Of a stretch of DNA of 64,000 nucleotides, positions 1 to 11,200 are shown piece after piece. The stretch spans positions 3,023 through 67,022 of IMG/VR virus record IMGVR_UViG_3300019888_000004. The stretch is one strand, 5' to 3'. Origin of the DNA: a virus. The number at the start of each line of letters is the position of its first letter. Position 1 is the first letter of the stretch. Under the pieces are notes generated by a model. It saw only the letters and a program-made list of their open reading frames with translations, did not search any database and had not been told where the DNA came from. The position numbers and the translations under genes are program-made.

Positions 1-8
1 CTATTGAT

Positions 9-371
9 ATGATCGAGCGGTTTGGAAAGGCCGTTGGTTTTCGCCTCCCACTATGGCGAGGCCGACAAGCGGAACTGTGGTTTCTGCCGCGCGGCGCTGT
101 GGTTCCTCCCCACGTCCACCGAACCATTGACAGCTTCATCGTCTATCTCCTGGGCCGGATGCGCGTCACCGTTGGCCATACAACCAGAGAGGTGTGCGGC
201 CCGTTGCGAAAGCGCGCAAGCACAGGCCGATGGATTCTTGCGGTCAAACACATACCCCGCGGTGTGAGGCATTGCGCCGAAGTCGTAGGGTCATTCGCCG
301 TGTTTGTTAATTTCGAGAAGTGTTACGGCGAAAGAACGAGTGCTGCCGCAGACTTCCTGCCAGTTCAATAA
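9..371 (+). CDS. cupin-fold protein
   Basis: PPHVH motif plus IPRGVRH, matching cupin motifs 1 and 2. Confidence 0.65.
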   Translation: MIERFGKAVGFRLPLWRGRQAELWFLPRGAVVPPHVHRTIDSFIVYLLGRMRVTVGHTTREVCGPLRKRASTGRWILAVKHIPRGVRHCAEVVGSFAVFVNFEKCYGERTSAAADFLPVQ

Positions 372-373
372 AA

Positions 374-817
374 ATGACGCATGGCGAAAAGGAGGAATGG
401 CTGTCGGCCATCACCACCGGAAACTTGCAAGGCATGGAATTCCTGTCACGGTGGGGTGATTATCTCCGGGCGATAGACAACGTGCTGGACGAGGATCAAT
501 GGGATCGTGTGCATTTGACGCGGGCGTTCGCGTTGGGTTGCGACTGCTTTTCTTCTCAATTTTACATTCGCAACTTGCCGCAACTTCAAATGATCGTTCT
601 GGTCGCAACGTGTATTTTGGCCGACAGCGTTTCGTTTGAGAAATCGCCGGAGTTATGGAAACGGCAATGGGCGGACGTGCTGCGCCACGCGGACGGGCAT
701 GTCGTTCTGGCGGTCGCCCTGATTTGCGGCGGGTGGGATCACGTTCGGAAGTTGAGTCCGGTATTTCTGACTGCCGCCTATTACGAGCACAAGCAAAATC
801 ATGGAATCCCCGCTTGA
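374..817 (+). CDS. all-helical phage protein, possibly isoprenoid-synthase-like
   Basis: ATG 374 follows the upstream stop; degenerate Asp-rich IDNVLDED motif; VALICGG. Confidence 0.45.
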   Translation: MTHGEKEEWLSAITTGNLQGMEFLSRWGDYLRAIDNVLDEDQWDRVHLTRAFALGCDCFSSQFYIRNLPQLQMIVLVATCILADSVSFEKSPELWKRQWADVLRHADGHVVLAVALICGGWDHVRKLSPVFLTAAYYEHKQNHGIPA

Positions 818-1070
818 TCCAGCAGCCTCGTTATTTCTCGAAGCCTTTCTCGCCTATGCTGGCGAACTCGAAACCTTTCTTTCCAACCCGGCAAAAAATC
901 CAGAGGTGTTGCTGAAGCTGGCTGCGAGTACGAACGCTCTATATTCGCTGCCTTACTACGCAGCCAACGCCGCGAGACTTCAGCCAGTGGTGATTCAAGT
1001 GCTCGCGTCTGGCGATTTGCAGCCGCTCGTTCGAGCCGTCGGCATTGACAATCCAGCGTCAGGCGGATAA
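801..1070 (+). CDS. hypothetical protein, partial paralog of 374..817
   Basis: YSLPYYAANAARLQPVV resembles FSSQFYIRNLPQLQMIV. Confidence 0.5.
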   Translation: MESPLDPAASLFLEAFLAYAGELETFLSNPAKNPEVLLKLAASTNALYSLPYYAANAARLQPVVIQVLASGDLQPLVRAVGIDNPASGG

Positions 1071-1079
1071 AGGAATGGG

Positions 1080-2096
1080 GTGCCCTTCTATTACGGAAAC
1101 GATTTCTCGGCGGTGCAGCAGGCCCAGCAAGCCGACGAAGCTCTGCGACAGCACGCCCTTCAGTCTGCCTTCGCCAATTTGCAGTCGGCCAATCAGAGCG
1201 CCCAGCAAGGGTCTTATCAAAACCGCGAACTGGCACTTCGTCAGGCCATTCAGGACTGGCAGCAGAAGGAAGCTCAACAGAAGTTCGGCGAGAACGTGCG
1301 GCAGTTCGATATTGGAACAGGCTTGGCGAATCGGCAACTGGACATCATGGCGGACAAGCAAGGTCCGGATTCGCAAGCGGCTCACAAGGCGTATTTGGCA
1401 GATGCCACAGCGGATGTTCAGGTGACTCGCAATTTCAATGAGGACGACTGGATGGGAAAGGTTAATCCGGCTGATTTGGCTTCGCTCAAGCGACAGGACG
1501 ATGCGCTGCGTGCTCAAGAGGCGGACAGGCTGACTTTAGCCAACAAGGTTGCGCGCACTGGGAATATGCTGAAGCACATTGACCGCAATCGGCAAATGAT
1601 GACCCCGAGGGCGGTGGGTCCTGTTTTTACTGCGAACACGGCAGACTATGGCGACAGCACCGCCGCCGAGGCCGATCCGGCAGCAGCGGCAAGGCTCAAC
1701 GCTTTGCGGCAGCAGATCACGCCATATCTCGATCCGAAGCAGGGCTTGGTTCAGACCGATCCAGTGACCGGCGCGCTTTCCGCGCACCCGCAACTTATTA
1801 CACCGTGGATGCAGCGGACCAACACGACGAATCTCGTGCCGAGGCGGACCAACGCCCCGCCAGCGTTCAACATCAATTCATGGACCGCGCCAGCCTTCGG
1901 AGGCCGCACGAACGCCCCGGCGATTGACTACAGCTTTGGCGGGCAGGACGCGCGAACGATGAATCCGGCCATGTTCGCAGCGCCGCCGCAAACAAACGCG
2001 CTCGTCACAGTCCAGACGCCCGACGGCAGGATGTGGCAAATCCCGTCAACGAATGTTGGGACAGCGTTGCAGCGCGGGGCGAGAATAATCCAGTGA
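1080..2096 (+). CDS. putative internal virion/ejection protein
   Basis: Q/A-rich coiled coil, located upstream of the giant virion protein, AAGGA RBS. Confidence 0.55.
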   Translation: MPFYYGNDFSAVQQAQQADEALRQHALQSAFANLQSANQSAQQGSYQNRELALRQAIQDWQQKEAQQKFGENVRQFDIGTGLANRQLDIMADKQGPDSQAAHKAYLADATADVQVTRNFNEDDWMGKVNPADLASLKRQDDALRAQEADRLTLANKVARTGNMLKHIDRNRQMMTPRAVGPVFTANTADYGDSTAAEADPAAAARLNALRQQITPYLDPKQGLVQTDPVTGALSAHPQLITPWMQRTNTTNLVPRRTNAPPAFNINSWTAPAFGGRTNAPAIDYSFGGQDARTMNPAMFAAPPQTNALVTVQTPDGRMWQIPSTNVGTALQRGARIIQ

Positions 2097-2101
2097 GCCG
2101 A

Positions 2102-2281
2102 ATGACACTCCTCCAAAAGAATCAGCGTGCTTTTGTAAAAAATATCTTCTTTGGTAAACCATCCGGGTTAAAACCAATGCCCGGGTCGCCTGTGGTGAGT
2201 TATGGAAATCCAAGCGCCAAAGGGGTGAAGTCATTGTTGCTGAAAAAGCGACGCCTTGTAAAAGCCAGCGTGCGGGCGTAA
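2102..2281 (+). CDS. small basic protein
   Basis: fills the gap between co-oriented genes; K/R-rich. Confidence 0.4.
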   Translation: MTLLQKNQRAFVKNIFFGKPSGLKPMPGSPVVSYGNPSAKGVKSLLLKKRRLVKASVRA

Positions 2282-2291
2282 AGGTTGGAGC

Positions 2292-5200
2292 GTGCCCGAC
2301 TTCGATCTCTCCGACTTGGGCGGCGTGATGGTTGCGCCGCCAGAAGCTCGCCCCTCGTTGCATGATCTCAGCGACCTCGGCGGAGTCCCGCTCGCGCCGA
2401 GACAGCCCGCAGCGGACTTGTCCGATCTTGGAGGAATTCCAGCACAGCGACCGCCGTTGGTGCCAGCGCCGATACCCGCTGATCTGAGTCGCATCCCGTC
2501 TGGGCGCGTTCCGATTCGTCTGGACGCCGGCCTGACGCGCCAGTTGCCGCCTGATTACATTACCCCGACTCCATCTGACGCGACCGCGAGCATTGGCCCG
2601 GACACGCGGCCGCCGTGGGATGTGACGCGGGATTGGATTGGCGAGAAACTCGAACCTCTCACGCCGAAGGCCAAAGGCTTTCCGTCCATCACTGCGGAAG
2701 ACATTGCAAATGGAAACTTCGCCGCGCTTCTACCTGGCGTTGACCCGGAGACCGGCGAAAGCATCCGCAGTCTGAGAACGCCGGGCTACGAAGCGCCGTT
2801 GGCGGCGAAGATTGGCGCAGGCGTCGAGCGTGGGGTGGCGCGGACGGCTGACGTGCTGGCGCCATGGGTGATAGGCGGGCCGGTGCTAGGTGCGGCAACT
2901 CGTGCGCCATTGGCCGGGCGCGCGGTCAGTGCCGTATTCGCTGCGCAGATGGCCGGCGGCTTGCCGGACACTGCGAAGGCGTTCATCAACGCGGTCGAGA
3001 ACAACGACGTGCAGGGCGCGGTCGAGACGGCAGTGGGCGGGACGTTGGGCGCGTATTTCACCTACAAGGCTGGGCAGCACGCGCTGGGTCGGCAGCAAGT
3101 GCCGATGACCAAGATGGTTGACTACAATCCGCAGCAAGTGAGCGAAGCGTTCGACCGCGTTAATCGCGGAGAGGGAACGCCGACAGATGAGGCAGTCGCG
3201 CAGTTCATGGGACAATTCGCGCAACCGCTGGAAGCTGCTGGAAAAGGCATCAAGATTCCGCTGCCTGTTTTGGACGAGTCAGGCGAACCGCAGATGCGCT
3301 ACGTCGGACTGGCGGAAGAAAGCCCAGCGATTAGGCGCTTGCTCACCAAGCAGATCACGACCGAGTTCACGCCGGATCAGATCAAGGATATTTACGCTCG
3401 CGTGAACACCGACCAGGCGACACCTCCAGAACAGGAGTTGGTGCGGTTCATCAACCAGGCGTTCGAGGCGCCTGGCGAAGCGGTGCGCAAAGGCGTGAAA
3501 GTCAGCACGGGCGAGCCGCGAATTGAAAGCCAGTTCTGGCGGGATTACCTCGGATTGAAGCCGGGCGAGACGACCATCGAACTCTTGCGCGGCGGAAAGA
3601 AAGGAACTTATGCCTCTCGTAAGCAAAGCTCAGTGGCGCAAATTGGCAGCCAAGAAGCCATCGGTGTTTCAGAAGCTCGTGGCGGAACAGGACCGCCCCT
3701 ACCGCCGATTGCCGGAACGGGTGAAACAGCCCAAAGGCCGTTCATTGCGCCGCCAGTCGTCGCGCCGGGGAGTGCGCCGCCGGAACTGATGGAGCCAAAA
3801 GAAAGACATTCCGCCCCAAATCCGCAACAAGACGCTGCCGTTGCCGACGAGTCCAATGATTCAATAGTTGGACGGACGAATGTGGGTGACGAGCGTGACA
3901 AAGCCTTTGCGGAACGCGCCAAGGCAGCGACAAGGCTGGCCAACACACTGCGCCCTGGAGACAAGATTGTAGAGAACGATGGAACTATCAATACGGTCGA
4001 GAGCAATCTTGGCAATGGCGTGTTCCATACGGAAGAAGGCGGTGTCGGAGTAAATCTGGCAATTCTTTTCATCCCGCATGATGCGAACCTCACGGTTGGC
4101 GAAGGCGGACGCATAATGGCCGGGACTACAATTCCTGCGGCGAAGATTGTTCGCGGAAATTCTGCAAAGGATATTCACACGCAGTATGCCGAAGCGTCCG
4201 GGCACAGGAAAGAGTTGCGTCAGGCCATTACGGATCGAAAGCCAGTCAATACTGAAGCTGCCGATGCCTATGGAATGCAAAAGTCACTTGCCAAAAATGG
4301 CTATGTGCGCGAAGGCGACCGCTACGTTTTCAAAGCCACCACTGCGCCCGCGGGCCAAGCGGTGCCGGACCTGACCGCAGTTGTCGGCCATCTCACCATG
4401 CTTGCGCCGGACCAGTTCCGGGCGTGGCGTGATGGGATTGGCGCAGGACTGCCAGCGATGCAGCAGCAACTTGCGACCATAGCACCGGACGCGCTGAGGA
4501 ACGCGCTCGCCATCGCGACTGAGCAGGCGACCCAGGCGCAGGCGCAATCACGGGCCAATCCGAACGGGCAGACCTTGCAAGCGTACCAGGATGCTGCGGG
4601 CAAGGTTCAATTCTTCAATGAGACTTTGGCGTTCGCCAAACCGAAGGCGACGGCACCGCCCAAAATACCTAAGTCGAGCACGCAGTTGACGCTGCCGAAT
4701 CAGCACGCTTTGCCATTCCATCAATTCGCGCAGTCAATCCCCGACTCGGAGGTTTACCACAAAGCCGACGAGACGGGGAAAGAGGATTTCGGAATCGAAA
4801 CCGAACCGCACATCACAGTGCTCTACGGCCTGACCGAACACGAGCCGTCAGCCGTGGCCAAAATTGCAGCAGGCTCGAAGCCGATCACCGTCACGCTGGG
4901 CAAGTTGTCAGTGTTCGAGCAGCCGGATTACGACGTGCTCAAGGTGGACGTTCACGGCGATGATCTTCGCGCTCTCAACAAGGAGATTTCCAAACTGCCG
5001 AATGAGCAGACGCACCCAGAGTACACACCACACCTGACCATCGCGTACTTGAAGAAGGGCGAGGGTAAGAAATACGTCGGCGACAAACGGTTTAACGGAA
5101 TGACGTTGACGTTTCCGTCCGTCACGTTCTCGCCGCCGAAAGAAATCCGCGCCGTAACCGGAAGGCATGAATTGCCGTTCACCCCACCCGCGAAGCCCGC

Positions 5201-8200
5201 GGCGAAAGAGCCGACAGGCCGCTCGCTTAGGCGCGGGCTGATTGATGTTGAGCGTCAGACCAAAGCCCTGCAAGCGGAGCGCATCCAGATCAATCGCTTG
5301 CTCGATGAGATGCAGCGACGGCGCGACATTGGCGAATATCCACTGCCGAGCCGTGAAGCCGAGGACCGGCTGAAGCAACGGCTGAAGGTCGTTGAGGAAC
5401 AACTTTTCGCACAGGCCAAGCGACCACCCGCGCCGACGCCATCCGTCGCACTTGAGCCTGAGCGAGCCGCCGCAGACCTGACAGACTTTTCCGACGCGGA
5501 AATTGAAAGCCTGTTGAGCGCGCCAGAACCGGCAACGCAGAAACCGCCGCAGCCGCACAAACCCGCGCCAAGCATCCCGCGCCCCAAGGCGGCTCGGAAG
5601 CCTCCAACGGCGAAGGAATCGCTGGGCGGCGCGGCCAAGGACCTCAAGGACGCGATGGAAGAAGGGATGAAGGGCCTGGACGAACTGTTCGGTGGCGGCA
5701 CGCACGTCGGCGCACTTGGTCCTACGTTCAGCGAGGAAACGTATCAGAAGGCCAAGCCGCATTTCAAAAAGGCGTATGAGGATTGCGTCAACGCGGGCGG
5801 CAAAATGTCCGACTTCATCAACGCCGTGCTCGCGCGTTTCAAGAAGTTTGGCGACGCCATCAAGCCGTATCTCAAACGGTTTTTGCAGGAGTTGCGTGAC
5901 GGTAAAATTGAGATTAACCTGAAAGGCAAAGATGAATCCGAGCGTCAGGCCGGAAAACGACCCTTGGTTCCAAAGCCGCCTGGTGTGGCTGAGGGACAAT
6001 CACCCGGAACTGTTGAGGGAGAAGCCGAAGGAACTGTTCAAGGCGGTGGATCAGGCGGTGCAGGCGGCACGCCGGGTTCACCATCAAGCCCTGGCAAGGG
6101 GCGCTCGGTCAGACCTCGCGATGGAGGTGGCGCTAAGCGAACTACTGCCGGTGGAGAACCCGCCGGAGAACCTGATCCCGATGAACGACCTGGAGTTTCA
6201 GAAGGTGCAGGGGACGCTGAGGTCCGTCGCGGCAAGGATGTAGCCCCGACCGACAACCTTCGCATTCAGCCGGGCGACAAGATCGTCCCGGACGCACGCA
6301 GCGGAAGAATCCAAGCCAACCTCGCAGCGTGGGCACTCAGCAAGCGTCTCGCGGCAGGAGATATGCTTCCGACACCAAGCGAGAAGCGCATCCTCGCGCA
6401 GTTCTCCGGCTGGGGCGATACCTTCCAAGTGTTCGGCCTAACGCAGATCAACGCGCACAACACCGCTGCCGATGTTTACGACGAGGAAAAGGCCGGCCAC
6501 CAGGCTTACTACATCCTCCACAATCCGAAGGAGCGCGAGTCGTATGAGAAGTGGAAGAAGCAGTACGCCGCGGCCTACGACACGCTGAAGGCGAGTCTCA
6601 CGCCGGAAGAATGGAAGTCGGCCAGCGAAAGCTCTCTCAACGCGCACTACACGAGTCGCGACGGCATCAATGCCATGTGGCAGATCGTGGAGCGCCTGGG
6701 CTGGCCGGGCGGCACAGCCGTTGAAACTTCGGCGGGCATTGGCCACATCATCGGACTGACGCCTGACGCCTTGGCAGGCAAGGTTCATTGGGTCGGGGTC
6801 GAGTTGGACAAGATGAGCGCACAGATGCTCGGCCAGCTTTATCCCGCCAGCGACATCCAGAATTCAGCTTTTGAAAAGAGTCTCCGAACCGAGAACAACA
6901 GCGCCAATCTTGCGATCAGCAACTTCCCGTTTGGCGACTACCCGATTGCCGACATCGCCCACCCGGATTACGACGGCTGGAGCATCCACAATTATTTCCT
7001 CGCCCGCTCGGTGGACATGGTGAAGCCGGGCGGCTTGGTCGTGGCCATCACCAGCCGCTACACGATGGACGGCTCCGACGGCCAGAAGATGCGGCGCTGG
7101 CTCGCCGAACGCGCGGACATGGTTGGCGCGATCCGCCTGCCGAACACGGCTTTCAAGGCGAGCGCCGGCACGGAGGTTGTCACCGACATCCTGATTTTCA
7201 GAAAGAAGGCCGGGATCGGAAACCTGGTCGGCGAACGGTTTACCGCGCTCGCCAACGTCGAGATACCCGCCGCGAATCGCGCGGCGCAGCGCGAGGGCGA
7301 GTCACCCGCAGAGTATCAGGAACGCATTTCCAAGCCGGTGATGGTGAATGAATACTTCGCCGAGCATCCCGAGATGGTGCTCGGACAGCATTCGACCAAG
7401 GGCACGATGTATTCCAAGGACAGCTACACGGTGTCGCCAAAGACGGACAAGCCGCTCAAAGCGCAGTTGGAGGAAGCCGTTGCGACGCTGCCGCAGAATA
7501 TCATCCACGCCGAACAGGACCGCATCGAAGCCGAGGACACCGGAGAGAGCTTGCGGACCATCAAGGGCAGAAAGACCGACAGCTACGTCTTTGAGGACGG
7601 CAAGGTCTGGCAGGTGGACGATCAGGGCCGGATGCAAACGCCCGACTGGGGAGAAAGCGCGGCGCAAGCGGCCAAGGCGCGGCAACTGATTGGCCTGCGC
7701 GACGCTACGCTGAACCAGATAAATCTTGAGCTGGATGAAAACTCGGACGACGCCGCGCTCACTGCGGCGCGCAAGGAACTGAACAAGCTGTTCGACTCGT
7801 TCACGGCCAAGCACGGCGCGCTGAATGACCGGAAGAACAATCTGATTGATGACGACCCCGAGTGGCCGCTGGTGGCGTCTTTGGAGGACGAGCGCAGCGA
7901 TCCAGTTGAGATCGAGCGCGGCGGGCGCAAGGTGATTCGCTTCGTCGCCAGCTATTCCAAAGGGCCGATGCTGTTGCGCCGGGTGAACTTCCCACACTCC
8001 GAGCCGGCCAAGGCGGACAATCTTTCCGACGCGGTGAGCATCAGCATCAATTATCGCGGCGGCATTGACGCGGAGTATGTCGGCAGGATGCTCGCCATTC
8101 CGACCGAGGAAGCGCGGCAGCGTGTGCTGACCGAGGAACTGGCCTACGAGAATCCGGCGAACGGATTGCTCGAACAGCCGGACCTGTATCTGAGCGGGTT

Positions 8201-11200
8201 CGTGAAAGAGAAGTTGGGGGCCGCGCGGCGGGCACAGACGACAGACGACCGATTCAGCCGCAACGTCGCCGCTTTGGAAAAGGTGCAGCCCAAACCGCTG
8301 CCGGCGGACATCATTTATTTCCGGTTGGGTAGCAACTGGATTGCGAGCAACCAGATTCAGCGGTTCTTGCGCGATGTGCTGGAGGTGGATTCGAGCGTGA
8401 TGTTTGTGCGTGCGGGCGATGAGACGCGCTGGATCGTTGGCGATCCGAGCCGTTCGAGCGTGGCCAACCTCAGCAACTACTCGGCGGGCGGCGTCGCCGG
8501 GCACAAGCTCGTTGAGGACAGTCTCAACCTGAAGCTCACCGAGGTTACTGACAAGATCGAGTTGCTGGATGTGAACGGCAAGCCATACGAAAAGACGGTG
8601 GTTCTCCCGGAAGAAACGGCGGCGGCCCGGGACATGCAGGACAGGATTCAGCAAGCATTCCGCAGGTGGGCGCTGGAAAGCCCGCAGGAGGCTGGCGAGG
8701 TCGAGGAAGTTTACAATCGCCTGTTCAACGGCATGGTGCGGCGCGAATATCCCGTGCCGAAGTTCGACAGATTTCCGGGCGCCTCGAACATGGTGGACTT
8801 GCGCGACTGGCAGAAGCGCGTCGCAGCCAGGGCGGTGCAGGAGGGCACGCTGATGGCACACGCCGTCGGGACAGGCAAGACCTTCAGCCTTATTACCGCC
8901 GCAATGGAGATGCGCCGGCTCGGCACCGCGCGGAAGCCTTTGATCGTCGCGAAGAATGCGACTCTCACGCAATTCGCAAACAGCTTCCGCAAACTGTACC
9001 CGACGGCTCGATTGTTGATCGGGAACTCGAAGGCGACAGCAGCGGAGAAGCGCAACCGATTCATCGCCCGCATCGCAACCGGCGATTGGGATGCCGTCGT
9101 TGTCCCCACAAGTTTCTTCGAGCGCATTGACAACGACCCAGCGCGCGAGCAGGCGTATGTCCATGAGCAACTCGCCGCCATTGAGACGGCAATCCGCGAG
9201 GCTGAGGGGGAGAATTACACGCCGGGCAAAAAGCCAAAGAGCACTCTCGGCAAGGCGCTGATGCGCGTCCTGAAACGGTATGAGGCGAAGATGGATCGCA
9301 TCATGCAGCGTCTCGACAAAAAGAGCGACGACCTGATTACTTTCGAGAAGCTCGGAGTGGACGCCTTGCTTGTGGATGAAAGTCACGATTTCAAGCGTGG
9401 CGATTTTATGACCAAGATGGACCGCATCAAGGGTCTGGACAGCAACGGCAGCGACCGGGCGATGGATTTCCTTCTCAAGACGCAGTGGATTCACATGAAG
9501 TCGCCCGACCGCAACGTGGTTCTCGCCACAGGCACGCCGATCAGCAACACGCTCGCCGAGTTGTGGACGGCGCTGCGCTACGTGCGCCCCGGCCTACTGG
9601 CAAAGTTCAACGTCTCCACGTTTGACGATTTCGTCGGGACGTTTGCGATCCCGGTTGCGACCATAGAAGAAACACCGACGGGAGATTTCGCGCAGGTGTT
9701 GCGTCTGGCCAAGTACGTCAACGGCCCGGAGATTGGCCAACTATGGCGCGCGGGGGCCGACGTGTATGTGCTCAACCGTGAAGATTTCAAAGCACTCGGG
9801 GTCAACGTGCCCGAGATCAAAGGCGGCGCGCCAAGGGAGGTCGTGCTAGAGAGATCGGAAGCAACTGGCAACTTCGTGGATTTTCTGCGCGACTGGCGTT
9901 TGTGGTGGGAAGACCTGGACGGCAAGGACAAGGCCGAGCTTTCCTATGTGCCGATTCTGCAATACGGATTGGCGCGCAAGGCGGCCATTGATCTTCGCCT
10001 TGTCAACCCGATGCTGCCCGACGATCCGGCAAGCAAGGTCAACCGAGTCGTAAACGACGCTTACAATTTTTGGCGCGACACCAAGGAATCGAGCGGCACG
10101 CAACTGATCTTCTCCAATCTTCAGAACAGCCACGACCCGGACAAGCGATGGCTCAAAGAGGATTTGCACCTGGCCAATCCGCTTTACGGCAAGCCGGTGT
10201 TCAACGTGTTCGACGACATGCGGAAAAAGCTGGTCGCTCTGGGCGTGCCGTCCGGCGAGATCGCCGACTTTACGAACATGACCGAACCGCAACGGTTTTC
10301 CTCAATGGAACAGGTGCAGGCCGGAAGGATACGAATTGTTTTTGGCAGCACTGAATCCCTGGGCACGGGCGTCAACGTGCAGGATCACGTCGTTGCGGTC
10401 CACCACATTGACCCGCAGTTCAGGCCGATGGATTTCGAGCAGCGCAACGGGCGCGCCATACGGCAGGGGAATCAGAACAAGGAGGTGGAGCTTCTCGTTT
10501 ACGGCGTGAAGCGCACGATGGATTCGACGCTCTACCAACTGATGTTGATAAAGCAGAAGTTCATCGCGCAGGTGATGACGGCGGACAACTTGAGCCGCGA
10601 GTTCGAGGACCCCTCCGACGACAGCACGATGAGCTTTCAGGCGATGGCGGCGGCCTTCAGCGGCAATCCCGTTTTCGCCCAACGCTTCGCCCTGGAGAAC
10701 GAAGTCCGCAAGCTTTCCATCCTGGAGGAAGATTGGGGGCGCAAACGTTCGGATGGCCGCACTGAATTGCGAACCGTTCAAGAGGGCAAGGCCAAGTTCG
10801 ACGACACGGTTGACGTGTTGAGGAAGGCGCAAGCCGCGCTCACCAAGGCGTTCAGCGGTGACGAGTTCGCCGTCATCTACAAGGATCAGTCAGCGGCGGG
10901 CGATGACGGGAAGAAGTTGCTCGACAAGGTGCTCGCCGACGCCATTGCCGAGATGCAGACCAATCTCAAGGAGGAATTTGACGCAGGCGAGTTGCACCAG
11001 TCGCACGCGAAGGATATTGACGCCCACAAGAAAAGGAAATTCCCGGAAGATTACTTGCTGTCCCTTCCAACCCGCGAGCGAACCCGCCGGTTTTCAATCA
11101 ACGGAGTCGAGTTTGTCATCAAACTCAGCCAACCCTCCGAGATACCGTTGGTGAAAGAAAAAGGCGCTTTGAATTTGAGAGAGCCTAACGGTTGGTGGGA

